Part shown: positions 58,504 through 64,000 of the stretch, piece after piece
Layout: every line of letters begins with the position of its first letter
How positions within the stretch are numbered: the stretch's first letter is position 1
NCBI GenBank assembly: GCA_054600435.1
Contig: BAAIJX010000014.1
Span: forward strand, 1 to 64,000
Source of the DNA: Neophaeotheca triangularis
Lineage: Eukaryota
Direction of reading: 5' to 3'
Length of the DNA: 64,000 nt
Position numbers and translations under genes: made by a program
Notes under the pieces: generated by a model
Database searches by the model: none
What the model saw: the letters and a program-made list of their open reading frames with translations, nothing else
What the model was told of the DNA's origin: nothing

Positions 58504-59245
58504 GGTGGTTGAGTGGTTTTGTTGCTTGTTAAAAGTTGATGAGAGCTGGTGTCGAGCTTCAGAGGTTGATTCTACGTTTCGAGCTCTTACAAACAATCAC
58601 AAATATTTTGGACGTTTTTATTTGAAGAGGCAAAGGAAAAGTAGAAGGACCCGACGGTGGGGTCGAAGTGGCATCCACGGATGATGTCTGCAAGGTACAA
58701 TCTGTGACGTCGATGTGATCAGTGAGGTCGAGATCACCACTGGATAGCTTGCGATTTCTGATTGGCGGGTAGGAAAGCCACGCTAAGTTAGGGACGACAG
58801 GCATGATATGGATAACATTGCAAGCACTACTTAGGTAGTAACCCATTACCTGATCACAATGAGAGACGGAAAGTTGCGTCGCAAGTAAGATATGACATTT
58901 CATCACCCCCAGAGGCGTATGCTATCTACCGAACTAAACTAAAAGGGCCAGAAGGAGCCGAGTCTGGTACCATAAAACAACCCAATCCCCAAGGAAAGGA
59001 TTGTTTTTACAGAGACAGATCCTCTTGCCCTGACAGTCCGATTTGCTCAGTAAAACAACAAACCCTCGACGAGAGCGCCGAAATTTCCTTGGTCTTACTT
59101 TGCCTGTGCCACGTGTTTAAACCCCCCTCATCGCCTCCCCTGCTTCTTCAATAGTGTGCTTGGAACTTCATGTGCTGACTTACTCCAGCTCGTCAAGCCA
59201 GCGTAAGCCCCAACAACTTGCGTACGTGACTTTTTGAGACAGTTT

Positions 59246-61848
59246 TCACAACTCCTCGTCGTCGTCGTCTGGCGCCGCTGCGGCAAGCACAGCAGCAACA
59301 CGAACGGCATCCTCCGCAATCTTGACCATGCGCTCGCGCATCTTGCTAGCGGCGATGTGGAGGATAGCGGAAGTGGTCTCTGGCGTGTTTGCGCGTAGGG
59401 TACCAACAAAGTCGAAGGGAGCGGCGTGTTTCTTGTCGTGACAGCCCCAGCTGTCGCCTGTAAAGGACTCCAAGTCAAGGTGGAAGGAGCCTGCAAGGGC
59501 AACATCGTCGGTAGACGATCGTTTGGCCTGCTTGTACAAGGGGGTTTTGCCTTTGTCTGAGACGGCAGTCGTGGAGGCCTGTTGAGAGGCCGCCGGTGGG
59601 GATGTGAAGTCGGTGGGAGTCATGCCTGAAGCGCCACCGAACACTGGAATGGTTGAGCTGGCGAGAGCCTCCACGTCTGGGTCGACCTTGACTTCAATCT
59701 CTTTCTTGACAGTAATTGAACCGCCCGCACGCTTGGTATGGAGACCACGAGCTGCCTTGCGAGCAACTTCGGTGGCAAAACTACCCGTCAGACGGTTAGC
59801 ATCGTCAGAGGTGGACTTGTGCGCCGCCTTGCCAGCAGCAACGGACGAAGAAGCGTTTTCTTCAGCGACTCTGGTAGCGTCGCGAGAAAATGGGTCGTTC
59901 TTGATCTCCAAAGTGACATCAGATGTCTCTGGAGCATGGGGAGTCGGGGTCGGGGCTGCAGATGATGACACGCTCGCGCCAAAAACGTTGGCCGTAGACA
60001 TTGGAGCAGCTGGTGAAAGAACGTACGGTTCTTTCTCGTCGGGCGGGACAACCATCTTCACACGGCCTCCCTTCTTCTTTTGGACCGTGGTAGGTGCAGA
60101 CTGCGGCTGAGTCTGAGCCCTGGGTGCGACAGCACCTGGAGCAGCGGGTTGGACCTTCGCTAGTACTAGCGCAGCTGGAGCACGTCCGACTGAAGCAGGC
60201 GTGACTGGAGTAGGTGTAGCTTCACTGCCATCGTTGAGCGACATGTTCTGCACAGAAGAAGGAAGCTGGGCCGCTACGTCCACGACAGTAGCTGGCTTGG
60301 CTAGGGTAGAAGACTGAACAGAAGTTGGAGCAAGCTGGCTGCGGGATTCCGTCTTCGCCTCGGCATTCCCTCCAGTCTCTGCCTTTTCCTTTGCGAATGC
60401 TGCTCTGGCAGGTCCTAGGAAGTCATTGATCTCTGGGTGGTCTTCGTAGTACCGCGTAACCTCATCCTCTGGACGTGTGCGAACCATCTCTCGAGCCTTG
60501 ATCGCGGCCTCCAACAGCCACACCTTGTCGTTGCCGGTGTAGCATTGGTCGGCGGCCTCGCTGGTAGGGTCCGCAGCGTGCAAAGTGGCCTCTCGAACCA
60601 ACTTGCGGCGAACGGCGAGGTAGACTGGCCTGCGCTCTGGATGCGCGCGGTAGAAGTCTTCGCCATAGGTCGAGGACTGTTGAATGAACGCGCTCGCCTG
60701 AAGAGCATGCCTACGCTCGACAATGTCGTCCCTGAAATCTTTGTTGCCGGGCGGCTGAGAAGCGATGAGATGAGCTACAGCCTGAGCTCTCGCGTTAGCA
60801 GAGCGATGAAGTGGAGAATCGCGACCAAAGGTAGCATCACGAACCGGGGGTGGAATAGCAGGGGCATTGCGAGGAGCAGCAGCAGCAGCAGCACGAGCTC
60901 GAGGTGGAGTAGCCGGAGTGCCGTCGCGCTGAGGACGCTCTGCGCCAGCCATGATGGTAGCAAGCGGAACATCGCGACCCCTGGCGTTGTTGTGCTGGGG
61001 ACGTGTAGAGTTGGTGGCGCGGATGATCGGTGTGTCGTTGACAGGAGCGGTTGCTGTTGGAACACGAGCCCTAGAACCTAATGGGATTGCATTAGCTCCG
61101 GTCGCACCAGACTGAACACGCTGTCCGTTTCTTCCAGTAGAGCCTAGGGGTATGGCATTAGCCCCGGTCGCACCTGACTGAATACGCTTTCCATCTCTTC
61201 CAAATCGCACCGTGCCGCTAGCACGAGGCGAAGGAGCGCGATTGGGGTTTGCTTGGCGAGGACCGGGAGGAGGTAGGCGCCCTGAACCAAACGATGGACC
61301 CGCGCGAGGAATTGAGTCGCGAATATTACCGCGACCGCCGGATGTGGTGTAGTTGCCTGGAGCAGGTGGCCCACTGCGACCACGATTCTCCGTAAGCCAC
61401 TGAGCACGCTCCTCACCAACACGCAACTCGATGCTCTCTTGTCCTTGATCGTAGCGGTTTCGGAGGCCGGCCGCGTTGGCACGACGATGCCCCTGTCCGT
61501 CGAAGTAGTTGGTCCTCGAAGCGTGAATGGTTTCGACTTCGAAGTTGTCTGGGTCTGCAGGGGTCACGGGTGTTAAAACGGTATCCTCTTCCATTCGCGG
61601 TGAAAGCATAAGCATGAGGAGCGGTCTTCATGCTTGCACTTGAGGGTAGAATTGTACTTACTGTTCCACTGTGACAACTTCTCATCACCTCTCGCCCCCG
61701 CGCGATGCGCTTCAGCAGCGCGGAGCAGGTTCGCTTGCTGGTGTGCATTGATGTTGGCGAGTCTGTCGGGCATGGCGGAGATGGTTTCGCGAGTCTCTTC
61801 GCCGAGATCGCGCAGCATCGCTGCCATCTCTGCCTCGTCGGAAGACAT
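59246..61848 (-). CDS. Large low-complexity hypothetical protein (Arg/Gly-, Ala/Pro-rich); intron 61555-61661
   Basis: A 789-codon ORF is joined in frame to the upstream exon MSSDEAEMAAMLRDLG by a GTAAGT..TTAAC..CAG intron. No domain recognised. Confidence 0.7.
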
Positions 61849-64000
61849 GGTGAAGGTTGGGGAGCTCTTTCTAAAAGTCGACAAGTTAGTGAAGGCCGAT
61901 CAAGGGCTCGAACAAGCGAGTAGTACGAGTGGGTGAAGGTGAGAAGGTGTAGGATGGGAGAGGTGAGGAGTTCAGCCGCAGCAGCGCATCGAAGGGATGT
62001 AGCACGTGGTTGCAGGTGATGGTGAAGGGAGAGGTTAATATGTGCAAGGCATGTGCTAGGGGTATGTGGAGATGCTTACCGAGCCTGTGATGTTCTTGTG
62101 AAGATGTGCGCAGTACCAATATTCGAAATACTGTGCGGTCGGTTGTGGTTGGTGTTGTTGTTTGTTTGCAGAAATTGAAGAGGCTGGCGTCGTGTCAGTA
62201 TTTTGTAGGCAGGCGCGCCTGAGCTTGAGGACCGAGCTTTCATTCACACTTCTGCCAAGCTATTAGATACGACCAATGACGCTACCTGACGCATAGACTC
62301 ACCCAGAGGCCTACTCTCAAAGCAGGTGAGGTCGTCCCGGTATCCCCTTTCGTTGGCTCACATTCACATAGCAGTATGTCGGCCTTGGCAATATCAGTCT
62401 TCGCTTCAGGGGCCCGTACTACTCCGGAGCCGGGATCTGAACACTACACGGGGTCTGTTAGCATTGCCAGCATCTTATGCTTCGACTAGGACATCATTTA
62501 CCTATACAATATGCTAGCCGAGTCCCTGCATTAGTGTACAGTCTCAGGAGAACTCTCCGAAACTGCCTCCTCATGTTTCAGCTGCTCGGCCCTCTGCTTC
62601 ACAATCTCCCAGCTCGTGCGTACCGTGGACACTAACGGCATACCCAGTCATGAGGGTAGCTTCTCCATTGGGAACGTCGAGTACGAGTACTCTCCTCTTA
62701 TCAAGCCATTGTCAGCGGTCATCGCACTTAGTCGACGCATTCTCCTTGCCCATCAAAATTCAAGCAGGGTCCCACATCCTCTTCGGCAATCGAGTCCATT
62801 CGGCACGGATACTCGAAGGAGAGGCGAAGCAAGAAGCGAATGTAAAACAAAAGCATTGCCTTGAACAGCTCGTGTGACCTACATGTATAGAGCACTACCT
62901 TAGCTTTCCCAAGCAATCTGTAGAAAGTTAGGGGTTTGCGATGCCTCAAAGCCTCGAATGGGGCCGTAAAAGAGGATCAAAGCACCTCACAACGTGCTAA
63001 TTCCCAATGCCAGGCAAGTGGCATGTTTCTGACTTTCCATCCGATGCAAGTGTAACGTACCGTCTGCCTCTCGACAGTCCCGTGCGGTGATGGCTTAATT
63101 GATCGAGTTGCTGGTTTTTGTACGGCAAGGCCAAGTTGGACCCAGTTTGCCAGAAGGATACTCGACCAGGTGATGGAGACACCTTCGTGAGGTGATTAGT
63201 AGCTGATAGTACTGCGCAATTATTCCGCACAGCCATTCACAAAAGAAGAAGAAGATTGAGCAAGAAGCCTGGCAGCGGTCGTCTTACCGAATTCGCCTTC
63301 AATGCTTTATTTTTTGAAAAAAAAAAGAAAGAGAATAAAAAAAGCGCAAAAAAGATCGCTCGAATCACCGTGGATGGAACACGAATTCGAACTGTAAACA
63401 ATCGGGGGTAGTACTCCGTTAGCTCCAAAGATACGGGCCTCTAGTTCGCGCCGTATATCCCTCTGGTTAAGAGCCCGATGGTTTCCCGCTACACCATATC
63501 TCCACCACAGAGATTTGGGTATGGCATGCTCTTCTTCGAGGGAAGAAGAGACCTAGGCGGATTGTTATGTCATCTTTTGGGATGTCAAATATATTGACTG
63601 GGGTTATGTCGCATCTTTTGCAATATTCGAGGTTCGTAGGTGCCTGTGTAACACGTGCTTTCGTCCTCGACGTCATGGGCAGGCACTCTGAAAGCACACC
63701 GCCTTCGTGCACTGCCCATCCGCTGCGACAGCTTTGACCTTCTACTACCGGAGAATTGTCACTGTCATGCAGTGGCGCTGTCACGAATCTTTGCTCTACC
63801 GGTTCCGGGGGCACGCTCCTCAAGTCCTTACGATCTTTGTTCTCCAGAGTTGCCAGCTTGGGGGTTCCTCTGGCAGGATCCGAGAGAAGAGTCCAGGAAG
63901 CAGCGAACAGCATACTGCGACTTCCTAGGCGTACAAGCCATCGGATCCCGGATTCCAGTACATACCTACGGTAAGTTTCGACTGAGATACACACTACAGC

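Noticed and set aside
62300..64000. ORF 63467-63994 and neighbours as a transposon remnant or gene
   Set aside because: No transposase/RT motifs, terminal repeats or recognisable domain; truncated by the window edge.

Overview
Gene-dense eukaryotic DNA from a filamentous ascomycete, probably a Dothideomycete (short GT-AG introns with CTAAC/CTGAC branch points). About 31 protein-coding genes can be supported. Most are housekeeping: RTT106, an SMN homologue missed by the ORF track, NOP15, a UBX protein, SCS2, SERF/4F5, GRX5, PPCDC, NEM1, GCD7, ALG14, CYT2, MVD1, VDAC/POR1, a J-protein, Hsp20, an IF1-like protein and VPS29. Interspersed accessory-looking units are: (i) a divergent pair of an atypical chitin-synthase-like GT2 and a bacterial-type UDP-HexNAc 6-dehydrogenase (33.0-39.6 kb), the best candidate for an uncharacterised system making an acidic amino-sugar polysaccharide; (ii) an intronless secreted bacterial-like beta-glucuronidase with a motif-rich promoter; (iii) a divergent polysaccharide-deacetylase / C45 acyltransferase pair; (iv) a stand-alone HeLo-domain gene. 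I could not support any rRNA, tRNA, CRISPR array or intact transposon. Exon boundaries were read by eye and all family calls come from recognised motifs, not database searches.
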